Shown here in pieces: positions 25,239-39,075 of a stretch of 64,000 bases of DNA (positions are counted from its first letter, which is position 1; every line of letters starts with the position of its first letter). The position numbers and the translations under genes are program-made. The DNA is from Eledone cirrhosa (taxonomy: Eukaryota), in the NCBI GenBank assembly GCA_964016885.1, contig OZ024741.1, forward strand, positions 155,124,001-155,188,000. The letters are read 5' to 3'. The notes beneath the pieces are model-generated. The model searched no databases and was not told the DNA's origin. It saw nothing but the letters and a program-made list of their open reading frames with translations.

Positions 25239-27665
25239 TCATCATCATCATCATTTTACGTCCGCTTTTCCCTGCTTGCAAGGGTTAGACGGGTCTTATT
25301 CAGCACGGCATCTCTCCACTGTCACGGTCCTTCGTCATCTCCACTGTGAGCTTCAGCGATCTGAGGTCTGTTCTCACCTCCTCCGCCCATGTTTTTCGTG
25401 GTCTACCTCTACCACATCTTCCTTCAACTGACATTTCCTGGCACTTCTTCACCCATCGGTCATCCTCCATGCGCATCACATGTCCATACCACCTCAGTCT
25501 CCTCTCTCGCACACTACATTCTATCCCTCTCAGACACAGTTTCTCTCTCAACACATTTATGCTGGGTTGTTCACGCACATTGACATTGCACATCCAACGG
25601 AGCATGCTTGCCTCATTTCTCTCCAGCCGTCGCATATCCTCTGCTGTTGCTGCCCATGTCTCACTACCATGCAGCATCGCGCTCCTCACACAGGCATCAT
25701 ATAACCGGCCTTTTGTACGCAGGGAGAAACTCTTCTTCGTCAGCAGAGGAAGCAGCTCCCTAAACTTCTTCCAACCCGTCCTTATTCTAGATACTATGGC
25801 CTCGGAACACCCCCCCTCTCATGCTAATCTGATCTCCTAGGTACCGGAAGCTATCCACCACTTCTATAGCACTTGCCTGCATTTGAAAAATGTGTCTATC
25901 AATGCGACTTCTACTGTCTATTTCATGTACATCTACTGCATATGTATTTCTCCCTACCTGTTAGTTTGCCTGCTATCCCACTACATCTCTTGTGTACCCA
26001 GGATCTGCATTGTGTGCATTTTATAGAATTTATGCCAGTTCCTTTTCTGCATATCGAACATGGCCATTTCCCTGATGGAATCAGAGTTTTGTCCTCTTTT
26101 CTACTCATCAACACTTTTGTCTTAGCTAGGTTCACTCTCAGTCCTCTTGCTTCCAACTGCTGTTTCCATAGCCAGAATTTATTCTCTAGCTCTTCTACTG
26201 ATTCTGCTATAAGAACCAGATCGTCAGCATAGAGAAGTTCCCATGGACAGCCAGTCTTAAACTCCTCTGTTATTGCTTGGAGGACTATAATGAACAAGAG
26301 CGGGCTGAGGACCGAACCCTGATGTACTCCTACTTGTATCTGGAATTCCTCACTAAACACCATTCCTACCCTGACTTTACTGACAGTACCTCTGTACAAA
26401 GTTTGCACTGTCCTCACAAGCCATTCCTCAACACCTAGTTTCCTTAGGGACCACCAGATGACAGATCGGGGTACCCTATCAAAGGCCTTCTCTAGGTCAA
26501 CAAAGGCTAAGTATAGTGGCTTATTTTTCTCTAAGAACCTCTCTTGTAATTGTCTCACCAAGAAGAGGGCATCTGTTGTACTCTTCCCAGGCACAAAACC
26601 AAACTGCATCCCATCTAGTTTGACCCGTTCTATAATTAGTTGTGCTAATATCCTTTCTGCCACTTTCATAACCTGATCCATCAGTTTTATACCCCTATAT
26701 TTGCTCCTCTCCAGAGCATCCCCTTTACCTTTGTAGTACTTTATGAGAATACTGCTGCACCAGTCTTTGGTTATGACACCACCATATATAGCCTGATTGA
26801 TGATGCGTGCAACCAGTTTAGTGCCTACATCCCCTGATGCCTTCAGCATCTCGGCAACTATGCCCGATGGTCCAGCAGCCTTACCATTTTTCATTTCCAT
26901 AATCTCCTCTTGGACCCTATATTCATCAATGTCAATAGCTGGTCCTTCTGTCGGATCTACTGAGGGTAATTTCTCTCTCTCCCATTCGTTCTCCACATTC
27001 ATCAGTCTCTCATAATGACATTTCCAGGCCTCCTTTTTCTGATCATTCGTGACACTAAGTACACCGGCATCATTCCGGACACATTTATCTCCAACAACAT
27101 CCTGATTTGCATTGATACACTGCCTTGCAATGTGGAACACCGCACGCCTCTGATTTTCTCGTTGCAGAACATTGGCAAACCTCCTACTCTCAGCCTCCCT
27201 GCGTGCTAAGTACACCTGACGTCTAGCTTCTCTCTTAGCGGCTGTATATCCTTCTCTACTCCCACCCTTTTTCCAAGCCTTCCATGCTAGTCTTTTGTCT
27301 CTAATGGCCTTATCTACTGTGCTGTTCCACCACCAGGTCACTCTCTGTCTGGTTGGAGCTCTGCTCCAGCCACAAGTTTCATCAGTAGCCTGCAGTAAGT
27401 TGTCACATAAGAAATTCCAGTATATCCGTCTCTAAATCGTCTTCTTTTTCGTCATACACATCTTGAAGGGCTTTCCTAAATTTGTATTTTAGTGAAAGGT
27501 CTTTTAGCTTCCAGACCTTTCTTCTCCACACCTTCCTGTATGTCTAATTCCATCTCTTACTGAGATAACACTAATGACTAACCTATGCTGTGGGGTACAT
27601 TCTTCCCCAGGGTATGCCTTGGTATTAGACACCATCTGCCTGTCCCGCAGCCTAACTAGTAAGAA
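25239..27665 (-). mobile_element. RTE LINE (second subfamily, short 3'UTR), 5'-truncated
   Basis: 472-aa ORF with the full RT and PHD finger; C-terminal ORF 25300-25689; (GAT)n tail. Confidence 0.95.
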
Positions 27666-27994
27666 GTTATATATATATATATGTGTGTGTGTATTCATAT
27701 CTTGTAACTTAGCAATTTGACGATAAAGAGATTGGTAAAATAAGTACCAGACTTGAAAAAAATATATAATGGGGTCAACATGATCAAGTAAATGAAAGTA
27801 GCACCCCTGCATGGCCATAATCTAATGACTGAAACTAGTAAAAGAAAAGATTATTCTTTTATTCTTTCACTGGCTTTAGTCATTAGACTGCGGACATGTT
27901 GGGACACTGCTTTAAATATTTTGTGACTATATTTCTAAAGATATGCACTCTATTTCATTTAATTAAAGAATTTTGATGGAATTATTAAATTTAT

Positions 27995-28462
27995 TGCCAT
28001 ATATACTTGTATATATGCCATGAAATATGTGACAAAAAAAAAATCGATGGTAAAATGAAGGGAGGGATTGGCTTATATGTGAGGTCAATATTTTGCTGAT
28101 TTTCACCAACTTCGAAATTCTACGCAAATGAGGTGCTAAAATATTTTTACTTTTGGGGGTGAATATTACACCAGTTTCACTTTCGACACAAAATTCATAT
28201 TTCCTATTGTTTTTGCATATGTTTTGAATTAATATGGCCTTCAAAACAGTTGGAAATTGGTAAAATATTGTTAAACAAAAACTATATTCTAAACAAGACT
28301 TAAAACATTTTAAATATCAAAACATTAAAACTTTATGAGAATTTCAAAACCACACTATCTAAACGTAATGTGTTGATTAACTGTCTCAGTTTATAAATGG
28401 TGTTTGGATTTTTGCCTATTTCTCATATAAAATAAGGAGTTGGCTTATATTTGAGTATATAT
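27995..28462. mobile_element. Decayed Tc1/pogo-type MITE
   Basis: Degenerate TIRs catatatacttgtatatatgcca / tggcttatatttgagtatata, with an internal repeat of the TIR motif. Confidence 0.4.
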
Positions 28463-28524
28463 TTCATTACTAAAATAGTAACAAAATGTTTTTATATTAG
28501 ATTTTAATTTAACCTTTTTGTTAA

Positions 28525-28861
28525 TGGAGGCACATGGCTTAGTGGCCTTGCAATCGAAAGGTTGTGAGTTCAATTCTCAGACCGGGTGATGTGATGTTTC
28601 CTTGAGCAAGACACTTTATTTCACATTGCTCCAGTTTACTCAGCTGTAGAAATGAGATGATAGGGACTGGGGGTCTATATCATTCCACTGCAAAGTGGTC
28701 GTGGAGGTGCCACGGCAAAAAAGCACCCAGCACTCACTGTAAATGAGGTTGGTGTTAGGAAGGGCATCCAGCTGTAGAAATCAAGCCAGAATCAGTTCCC
28801 GTCCACCCTTGCAAGCAGGGAAAAAGCGGACGTAAAATGAAATGATGATGATGATGATGAT
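28525..28861 (+). mobile_element. tRNA-derived SINE family A, inserted in a TTAA-type MITE (~28509-29230)
   Basis: A-box/B-box head (tggcttagtgg...gagttcaattct), central conserved domain, RTE-like tail. Confidence 0.9.
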
Positions 28862-29978
28862 ACCAAATTGCCTGAAATTGCCTTGGTACAAAACTATTTG
28901 TTTTAAAGTGTTTATATTTATTTTAAGAAAGCCTTCCATCATAATTTTATATATACATTTTTAAGTTATGTGCCAAATACTGGCTTAATATTGAGAAAGT
29001 TAGTTGTATTACTAAATCCCTCCAAATTCAAAATTACTTGAAAATGATAGGCAGTGTTTTTCATTTGAAATATGGTAACAAAATGGTTAATGAATTTGAG
29101 GGAGCTACCAAAATTATTTTTCCTTTCATTACTAAGATAGTAACTTAACATGGTTCTTATATAAAATTATATAGGAAAATTTTAATTTAAACAGTAACAT
29201 TTTAAAATGGATTGTTTTGTTTCATAAAATCAGGACTGGTTTAGACTGGGTTGGTATCAAAAGAGTTAAAGGGATTTAATTGATTATAATAACCCCAGTA
29301 TAATTCTTAGATTATTTTCAAAATTACTTGAACATTATAGTCAGTGCCTTTCATTAAAAATATTGTAACGAAAGGTTTAAAGCTGTCTATCATTTTATAA
29401 AATGCATATTAAACTGCATTGGATAATGTGGTGTTTAACTATATTCTTTTACTGGTTTCACTCATTAAACTGCAGCCATGTTGGGGCACTGCCTTGAAGT
29501 TGATTGCAACTATGCCAGTGCCTATTTTTGTCAAATCTGGTACTTATTTTACTGATTTCTCTTTGTTGAAATACTAAATTACTGGACATAGACACTGACT
29601 ATAGCATTTTGTGAAGGTGCATGGCTTAGTGGTTAGAAAGTTGGTTTTGCAATTGTGAGGTTGTGAGTTTAATTCTCGGGCTGGGTGCTGCGTTGTGTCC
29701 TTGAGTAAGACACCTTATTTCACATTGCTCCTTCTGCCAAGAGTTGTGACCAATAGATAGTATCAGCAATAGAAAGACCAATGGAAACATTATTTCTTTG
29801 TCTGATTTGATGAGGTCCACCCTACTCAGCAAGTGAATGAAGTCTGGGATCTTGTCGATCGTTAAAGAAAATAGCATCTCACACATGAGCACATAATCCT
29901 TTACATTAATTCTATATTCTCAGTGCTTCAAAGTCCAATCCCTTGGCTATGTACATTGTTTGTTTCCACACATATATA

Positions 29979-30864
29979 CGAGGTGTGTCAGAAAAGTTCC
30001 AGGACTGATGTCACAAAAGATTTATTTCAAACCCAAACTTCACACTAAGAGTTTTCTCCTTCAAAGTAATCCCCCTGGAGTCTAATGCACTTTTCCATCC
30101 TTTTCTGCCACGCTTGCATGCACTCCTGGAAGGATTCTTCCGGGATCCTCCACAGTTCCGTTGTCATGGCCTTTTTGATGTCGTCCACGTCTTCAAAACG
30201 GGTCCCCTCCGGGTCGTACTTGAAGATCCATGACTCATCACCGGTGATGACTGTCCCTAGCAAGTCTGGTTCGGTTTCAAGGCGCTCGAGGATGTCCTGG
30301 CACACTTGCATGCGTCGACCCTTCTGGTCATCATTCAGCAGTTTTGGCACCATCTTCGCGCAGACTTTCCGCATGTCCAAATCTTCTGTGAGAATCTTCC
30401 AGACGCTGTCCCGATTCATGCCCAGCTCATTTGCCATCAGTCGAACAGTCAGCCGATGATCGCTATGCACCATCTGCCTGACGCACTCAATGTTGACCTC
30501 AGTCCTGGTTGTTGAGGGCCTTCCGCTCCTGGGGTCATCTTGCACCACTCAAAAACACGTGATCGTGACATTGTCTCATCTCCATACACTTGCTGCAGCA
30601 ATCCCAGTGCTTCTGACCGAGTTTTCCCCAACCGTACCAGAAACTTCAAGTTTGTTCGTTGCTCTGTGCTCATTGCTTGACGACCTGAAACAGAGGACAT
30701 GTATATAAAATTATGAAGAAAAAAGTTTGATCGCTGCAGAGAGCTAAGATTACAGTTACATACTCCAGGGGAATTACTTTGAAGGAGAAAACTCTTAGTG
30801 TGAAGTTTGGGTTTGAAATAAATCTTTTGTGGCATCAGTCCTGGAACTTTTCTGACACACCTCG
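29979..30864 (-). mobile_element. Internally deleted mariner with ~103-bp inverted termini
   Basis: TA TSD; DDPRSGRPST, KMVPKLL, ITGDESW, GDYFEG motifs; catalytic core deleted. Confidence 0.95.
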
Positions 30865-31237
30865 TATGTAGTATCTATCAACCAAATTTAATTCGCAAAG
30901 TGTTGATCAATATCAAGCTATAGCAGAAGACACTTACCTATGATGCTTTGCAGTGAGATTGAACCCAAAACCATGTGGTTGTGAGGCGAACACATTAACC
31001 CTTTAGAATTCACATTATTCTATATATACTATTGTATTTTTGAGGTAAAGGTTTTACCTCACATAATATTAAATCTATGAGATTTTGATATTATTTATTT
31101 TGAGAACAATACCTTAACATCAGTATGAGCAGCCAATTACAGCTGGTTTGAACAGAAAGAGGTGAGAGAATTCTGGCCGGATATGGCCAGTTTAAATGTT
31201 AAACACAGCCATGCTTGCATCTATTTTGTTTATCTTG

Positions 31238-31845
31238 GAGGTGGTAATGGTGATGGTGGTGATGACTAATGGTGGTGGTTGTGGTTCTGGTTTTAATAGT
31301 AATGTTGGTGGTTGTAATAGCATTGTAGTAGTGGGGCTACAGGTTGGTAGTTATAATGCCAGTAGTGGTAGTAGTAGTTGTCATGGCAATTATGCCAGTT
31401 GTGATTCTTATAATTCATCATCATCATTGTTTAACATCCATTTTCTATGCTAGCATGTAGTAAGGTATGTAGGGGTGGTAGAAGTAGTGGTGGTGGTAGT
31501 AATCGTAGTGTTGGTTATGGTGATAGTAGTGGTAGTGGTTATGGTGGTGGTAGTAGTAGTAGTATTGGTGGGAATTATGGTGGTAATGGTAGGAGTAGTG
31601 GTGGGAGAAGTGGTAGCAGTGGTGATACTGGTAGTTGTATGCAATAATAGTTTTGGCAGTGGTGGTTATGGTGGTAGTGGTGTTGGCAGTGGTAGTGGCT
31701 GGAGGCAGTAATAATAATGGCAGTAGTAGTGGTGGTTATGGTGATAATAGTTATGGTGGTAGTAATGGTGTTGTTAGGAGTGGTGGTATTGGCAGTAGTG
31801 GTGCTGGCAGAGCTGATGGTTAAAGTGGCAGTAGTGATGTGGTGT
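31238..31845. repeat. (GGT/AGT)n low-complexity tract
   Basis: Degenerate trinucleotide repeats. Confidence 0.9.
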
Positions 31846-32559
31846 CAAAATAGCTGAAATAGTCTGTGAAGTAGATGAAAATTCCTTACCCTCCCTCTGT
31901 ATTGTGAAGTGGTTTTGCTCTTCTATAAACATTCCATCTCCCTTCCACACATGCACAAACATCATCATTATATTTGTATGTAAGTTTGTGTGTGTGTGTT
32001 TGTAAGTATTTCTGTGAATTCCCTCCACTTAAATTTCTATAAAAATATCTATAATGTTACCATATTTCTAATGAAAACACTGCCTATAATTTTCAAATAA
32101 TTTTGAAAAATGATCAAGTATTTGAAGGAATTTAGTAATATAACTAATTTTCCCATTATCAAGGTGGTGTTTGGAACATAACAAAGGTTCTTACATAAAA
32201 TTATGATGGAAGGTTTTAATATAAGTATGGCCTCTTTAAAACAGGCAGTTTTGCATCAGAGAACCAGGCATGGTTTCAAGCGGATTGGTATCAAAAGGGT
32301 TAAGGTAGTGAATTAGCTGCATTGTTGGAGTGTCAGATATTCGTGCTGACAGTATATACTCTGAGTTCAAATTCTGAGTCTTCTTTGCTCTTTTTTTATA
32401 TGATTTTTTCCATTAGATACTTTTCCTAATGCCAATGATTTTATAGAGTGTACGGGGGACATTTTATCATTGCACCAGCACTAAAGAGGTGTTACATCTT
32501 TGATATGACTGAAGAGTCCTTTCTTCTATTTTTGTATTGGTTTCTATGGTTGGATGACC

Positions 32560-33125
32560 TTAATGCCAACTACGTCACAGGGTGTACAAGATATATTTAT
32601 AATTACATCAGCACAACTACTTTACAATGTGTACTGGGTGTATTATATAATGGCACTAGCCATACCTCTTTACAGAATATATTGGGTATATTATATTGTG
32701 GTGCCAGCACTACTACGTTACAGAGTGTACTTGGTGTATTTTATCATGGCACCAGCATTTCTACTTTACAGAGTATTCTAGATGTATCTTGGCACCAGCA
32801 TTACTACTTTACAGAGTGTAGTAGGTGTATTTTATCATGGTACTAGCACTACTACTTTATGGTGTATTTTGGGTATTATATTGTGGTGCCAGTACTACCA
32901 CTTTACAGAGTGTACTGAGTGGATTATATCATGGCACCAACACTTCTGCTTTTCACAATATTCTAGGTGTGTTGTATCTTGGCACCAGCACTGCTACGTT
33001 ACAGAGTGTACTGTATGTATTTTATCATGGTACTATCACTACTAGTTCACAGAGTATATTGGGTGTTTTATATTGTGGCACCAGCATTCCACTTTACAGA
33101 GTTTACCTAGTGGTACCAGCACTAG
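32560..33125. repeat. Degenerate 48-bp tandem repeat related to the SINE/RTE tail region (also 24490-24660)
   Basis: actactactttacagagtgtactgggtgtattttatcatggcaccagc units. Confidence 0.8.
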
Positions 33126-33282
33126 AGAGGTCATGTACTAAGTGAAACTGAAGAGTTCGCTCCAGTGTGTTTTCATCACAGCCACTATTTTATGCTGGGA
33201 AAAAAAAACAATTTTAGAAATTGATTTTGTCAAATTGTAAAACTAGGTGTTTTAATAATCTGTACAACTTTATCTTTTGTAG

Positions 33283-33336
33283 TTTTCTGATTCCAAATTA
33301 ACAGAAGTTGTTCCTAAATCTACCAAGACCAGTTGA
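33283..33336 (+). CDS. RBM48: RBM48 probable last coding exon (FSDSKLTEVVPKSTKTS*); exon continues to donor at 33368
   Basis: ctttatcttttgtag acceptor, phase 0, TGA stop; strong AG|GTGAGT donor 32 nt later. Confidence 0.6.
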   Translation, partial: FSDSKLTEVVPKSTKTS

Positions 33337-33537
33337 AATGGAAGAATTCTTGGTTGCAACTGAATTAGGTGAGTATTGTGAAGTATTGGTTGTTGTTATG
33401 GCTCTGAAGAGGTTTAGCAAACACTCACTTTGATGAAACATTGTAGCTATGTTGTAAGAAATCAACTTATATATTTATTTTGTTATAAATATTGAGTTTT
33501 TCCTCCTTTGTGAACTATTAAGACCACTGGATCAGAA

Positions 33538-33811
33538 CATCATCATCATCATCATCATCATTTTATGTTCGCTTTTCCCTGCTTGCAAGGGTGGGACAGA
33601 AACTGATTCTGGCTTGATTTCTACAGCTGGATGCCCTTCCTAACACCAACCTCATTTACAGTGAGTGCTGGGTGCTTTTTTGCTGTGGCACCTCCACGAC
33701 CACTTTTGCAGTGGAATGATATGGGCCCCAGTCCCTATCATCTCATCTCTACAGCTTAGTAAACTGGAGCAATGTGAAATAAAGTGTCTTACTCAAGGAA
33801 ACAACACATCA
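33538..33811 (-). mobile_element. SINE family A, followed by an inverted partial copy (33811-33890)
   Basis: Reverse complement of about 28590-28861. Confidence 0.9.
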
Positions 33812-34235
33812 GACACTTTATTTCACATTGCTCCAGTTTACTCAGCTGTTGAAATGAGATGACAGGGACTGGGGTCCCTATCCCTATCATTTATCCAATT
33901 TAAAATATGTACACCACATTGCTGGATGTTGTAAGAAACAACTAAACGGGTGTGCCCTTCCTGGCGCAAACCCATTTAGTTGTTTCTTACAACATGCAGA
34001 TTACAACATTTTGAGATTTACAGGCCTGTAAATCTCAAAATGTTGTGTCTGACCCATGCTGGCACGGAAAAGCCAATGTGAAATGGTAATGATGATATAT
34101 ATGTGTGTATGGGTGTGGGCATTTATATTTTTGTTGTTGTTACAGCTCACCTTGCATAGATTTCACTGGTCTTTTACAAGGCGGCATCTCATAAGAGGTC
34201 TCTTAGATGATTTAATGATAGAGGTTCTAGTCCTG

Positions 34236-34281
<46 letters not shown>

Positions 34282-35151
34282 GTAAATGGGATTTTTAAGT
34301 TTACATATAAAATGTGCTCAGTACCATAAAATACACTTGTTACACTCTGTTAAGAGGTGGTGCTGGTGACATCATCTAGAACAAATACTGCAAGATGCTC
34401 TAACTATTACACCAACCCACTGGCCCTTGATTGGTATATTATTTATTGTCCCTGAAAGGTTTAAAGTCAAAGTTGAGCTTGATGGGATTTGAACTCAGAA
34501 TGCAGAGATATGGAAAAAATACCACTAGATGCTCTAACAATTCTGTTAATCTACTAGCTCTTCATTGGTACTTGAATGGTCATCCCTGAAAGTCAACCTT
34601 GGTGTGATTTCAACTGAGAGTTCAGAGAGCTGGAACAGATATTACTACCTGATTAATTAGACCATTATATACCACCAGTATTGTAAACAACTCTATACAC
34701 TAATGGTTATAGTAGTGGTGATGTTTGCATATTATTGCTATATTTTGTGATGCCAACTTTTCAAACAAACAGTTTTTTATCATAGAACTGGTGGGTTAGT
34801 TTCAGGTGGTTCGGTATCAAAAGTGTTAATATTATGATAATAGTAGAGTGTAGTTTATCATAGAATCAAGACAGGGGTTCAGGCAGTTTGGTATCAAAAT
34901 AAGTGTTATTGTAATAGAAGAGTAATTTATCCAGGTTTCTGTTATCCAGTAGTCTAGTTTTTCTGACATACTCACATGATTTGAACCATCTTAGCACCAG
35001 CTGTTGCTATCTCTTGTTGATGTTACACCCTTCCATCACTGTCTCGCTTTCATTACCCTAAATCTAAAAACTATGATGATGACAATAATTATGTTTGGTT
35101 TGATAATGAAAATTTCCATGTGTTAATAATGGAATTAATTTCTCTTTTCAG

Positions 35152-35670
35152 TTAATTGAAACATGTAAGAAGTTTCCCTGTAAGAAACTTTTAACTGATC
35201 CTCCAAACTTAACCTGCTGTTCAATGTGAAGGAAGAAAGGCCCTTCTGTATGCAGTACAGCTTCAGCTGCTGCAAGCTTACAGTACTTCCCTTGACAAGA
35301 TATTAAGTTACAGCATTGTTTGTGAGGGGCACATCATTACTTCATGAAGTTAAAAACAATCCTGTGAGTGGGAGAGGTCTGTATTTCTTGGAAAAGTATG
35401 GTGTTTTTTTGAAGGATACTGCAGCGCTTTAAAGCTGCTTCCTCTCAGCTTCTTCATCAAGTTTACCACTGTTATAAGCCTTTTTGTGTGCCTTTAACAG
35501 AGTTCTCTCTGTTTCAAGAGTTCAAGACAGTCTCCTGGTTTCTTTCTTGTTCAAGTTTTTCCTGCAGATGTTCAGGCTGGTGTATTGGTGTCACAGCAGT
35601 CACGTTGGGTTGTGAAGGTCTGCAAAGATCAACAACAGCAACTGCTCCTTAATAAAAGTATTATTTTGAC
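35152..35670 (+). other. RBM48: Probable non-coding terminal (3'UTR) exon of RBM48
   Basis: tttctcttttcag acceptor ending 35151; unique sequence; AATAAA at 35651-35656. Confidence 0.45.
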
Positions 35671-36802
35671 AATCATTTTTTCTGTAATCTTCTTCATCGA
35701 TTACATGTTCTAGGTCACTCATCAGTGCTCAATGTATGTAGGAGCTGCTAGTATTTCATGAAATAGTCTGTTGAAATCTGACCCTGTAAGAATTTTGTCA
35801 GAAATAGTAAAAACAGGGCGCTTTATACTCATTCATCATCATCGTCATTATCATATGTCTGGTGTCCCTGCTGCCATAAGTTTGATGGGCTGTCACAGTG
35901 CCCTTCCTAATGACATCAGAACTTAATCAACTTGGTAAGATAGAAACTCTTAGCTGAAATACTAAAGACAAGCCAAGGGAATGCTTTTGTTTCTATGACT
36001 TTATGATGGAGGTTCTAATACAAAGCTGTGCTCCAGCATGGCCACAATCTAATGACTGAAACCAGTAAGAGAAACTGAAAAAAAAAAAATTATAGCTCAC
36101 CCCAATGCATGTTGCATCTGATAGCAAATTTCTATGGTGATAGGGTCTCTAGTCCTAAAATGTTACAGTTTACAACACCTATGCATATTTAGCTGGCCCT
36201 CTTCAAGGTTGCATCGTGGGAGCTATCTCGGGTATTTTTTTTAATGATAGGGCCCCTAGTCTTATATCATAAACATATAATGAGTACACTGGTGCTCCAG
36301 CATGGTCTAAACCATGTCTTTCACTGCTAGACATAGCAGGTAATGAGTCAGTGATCTGTGAGGCTCGTTTTTGTAATTAACACACTTAGGATACACTTGT
36401 TTGCTAAGATTGGTATCTGAGAGGGTGGCATAATGGTAAAATGACTACATTACCACAAATGGAACCATTCTCTTAGAAATGGTACGATATTTAATTTGCT
36501 GGGATGTGTATAAGTGTGGATATACATGTAAATATATGTGACTGTATGTGTATGTAAATATATATGCAAGCATAGAAAAGTGGAAGTAAAACGATGATGA
36601 TGTGTGTGCATGTGTAAATAGATATATATGTTTAAACATTCTACAGGCATTTATTTGGAGTTTAAGAATATATTTTACCCCAAGAATATTCTAGTTTGTC
36701 CTTGTGTGTATATATATGTATATATTTACACACATATATATCTAGCAGGGAAAGTGGACGTTAAATGATGATGATACACACACATAGATATATACATGTT
36801 TG

Positions 36803-36907
<105 letters not shown>

Positions 36908-37118
36908 TGCTTTTACCTGAACAAGTTACATTCTACAGACATTTATTTGGAGTTTAAGAATATATTTTACTCCAAGAATATTCTAGTTTGTCCTTGTTTA
37001 TGTATTTCTATTTTTATATATCTACTTCTTGTTGATATTCTTGTTCTTCTTCTTCCTCCTCCATTGTCTAATTAGTTAAATATTTCAGTTTGGTAACAGA
37101 AACTGCCAACTTAGTTAC

Positions 37119-37154
<36 letters not shown>

Positions 37155-37774
37155 GGTATATGTGTCTGTACATAGACGTGTATGTACATATCATTTGTAC
37201 GTCCACTTTTTCATGCTTGCATGAGTTGGACAAATAATAAGCACACACACACACATAGTATTCATATTAACAGTTTGCCTTATATGTGCCTTACCACTAG
37301 TTTCATAGTTCGGGATATGTCTAATGTTATATCATGATAATTCCTGCAATGGTTGAAAGGGCTAAATTCAAATTATAAACAATATTTTATTATTATTTTT
37401 TTTTTTATTCAAATGATAAACAGTGTTTTATTACTTTTGACAGTTATACTTTATTGATATATTTTTCTTTACACTTCTGAAGACATAGTTGCATATATAA
37501 ATATACATATATATATATGCAAAAGGCAAACAGAAATAAAAAAGCAAACAACAGTATAAGCAAGAAATATATTATTAGTTTTACGCTTGATATAGAAGGA
37601 AAAGAGTCTTAACGTTTGGGACACTAGTTCTTCCACAGAAAATAGAATGAGAAGCTAAAGAACAAATAGAAAGATTGATGATGCAGGCAGGGCAGAAATC
37701 ATGAAAAAAATTTTCTAGAGAAAAATAATAGGTCCATTTATGTTGCCATCTGTTATATATATATATCATCACCA

Positions 37775-38240
37775 TCGTCATCATCGTTTAACGTCCATCT
37801 TCCACGCTTGCATGGGTTTGGACGGGAGTTTTCCCACTTGAGGCAAGAGTGGTTGTCTTGCTCGCATAGGACTGTCTGGCGGGTTTTCTACGGTTGGATG
37901 CCCTTCCTAACACCAACCACGTTTACAGTGTGGACTGGGAGGTTTTTACCGTGTTACCTACATGGCCACATTTCAGCGTAGACTGTGTTTTTTTTTGTTG
38001 TGACACCTACACGACCTCATTTGTTTCGGACTGGATGTTGTGGTACCAACATAACTTCACATTGAAAGGGGTGGTGTGGATGGGGTCGGGATAGTGGGAC
38101 GGGGGTGTATTTTTGTTAGAGGTGCCTACTGACTGTAGTAGGTTTCACTTTGTACTTAGGCAAGGTGGGTCTTCAGTGTTACTGCGCCAAAGATCTCGGT
38201 CCAGTGACATTGTCTTGGAGAGGTGTAAGTGTGTGAGGTA
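37775..38240 (-). mobile_element. RTE 3' fragment
   Basis: Reverse complement of about 3165-3620. Confidence 0.9.
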
Positions 38241-38561
38241 TATATATATATGGTCCTAATTTGAGCTGGGTACGACGAGGCCAATTGGTCAGACCTGTCT
38301 CTTAGTGGTGCCACCTAGTTCCACACTGTAAACGTGGTCGGTGTTAGGAAGGGCATCCATCTGCAAAAACCCAGCCAAAATGCAGTTCTATTTGAGCAAG
38401 GTACAGTGTGGCCAACTGGCCAGATTTGTATCACAATGTGGACAACCTGTCTAACCCATGCAAGCATGGGAAAACATACATTAAATGATGATGATATCTC
38501 TCTCTCTATATATATATATCTAACCCATGCCAGCGTGGAAGATGGACATTAAATGATGATG

Positions 38562-39058
<497 letters not shown>

Positions 39059-39075
39059 TATATATATATATATAT

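Noticed and set aside
31196-31823. Gly/Ser- or Thr-rich ORFs
   Set aside because: Low-complexity trinucleotide tract within an intron
10328-33282. U12-type introns in RBM48
   Set aside because: No donor matches RTATCCTT; all look like U2-type GT-AG introns
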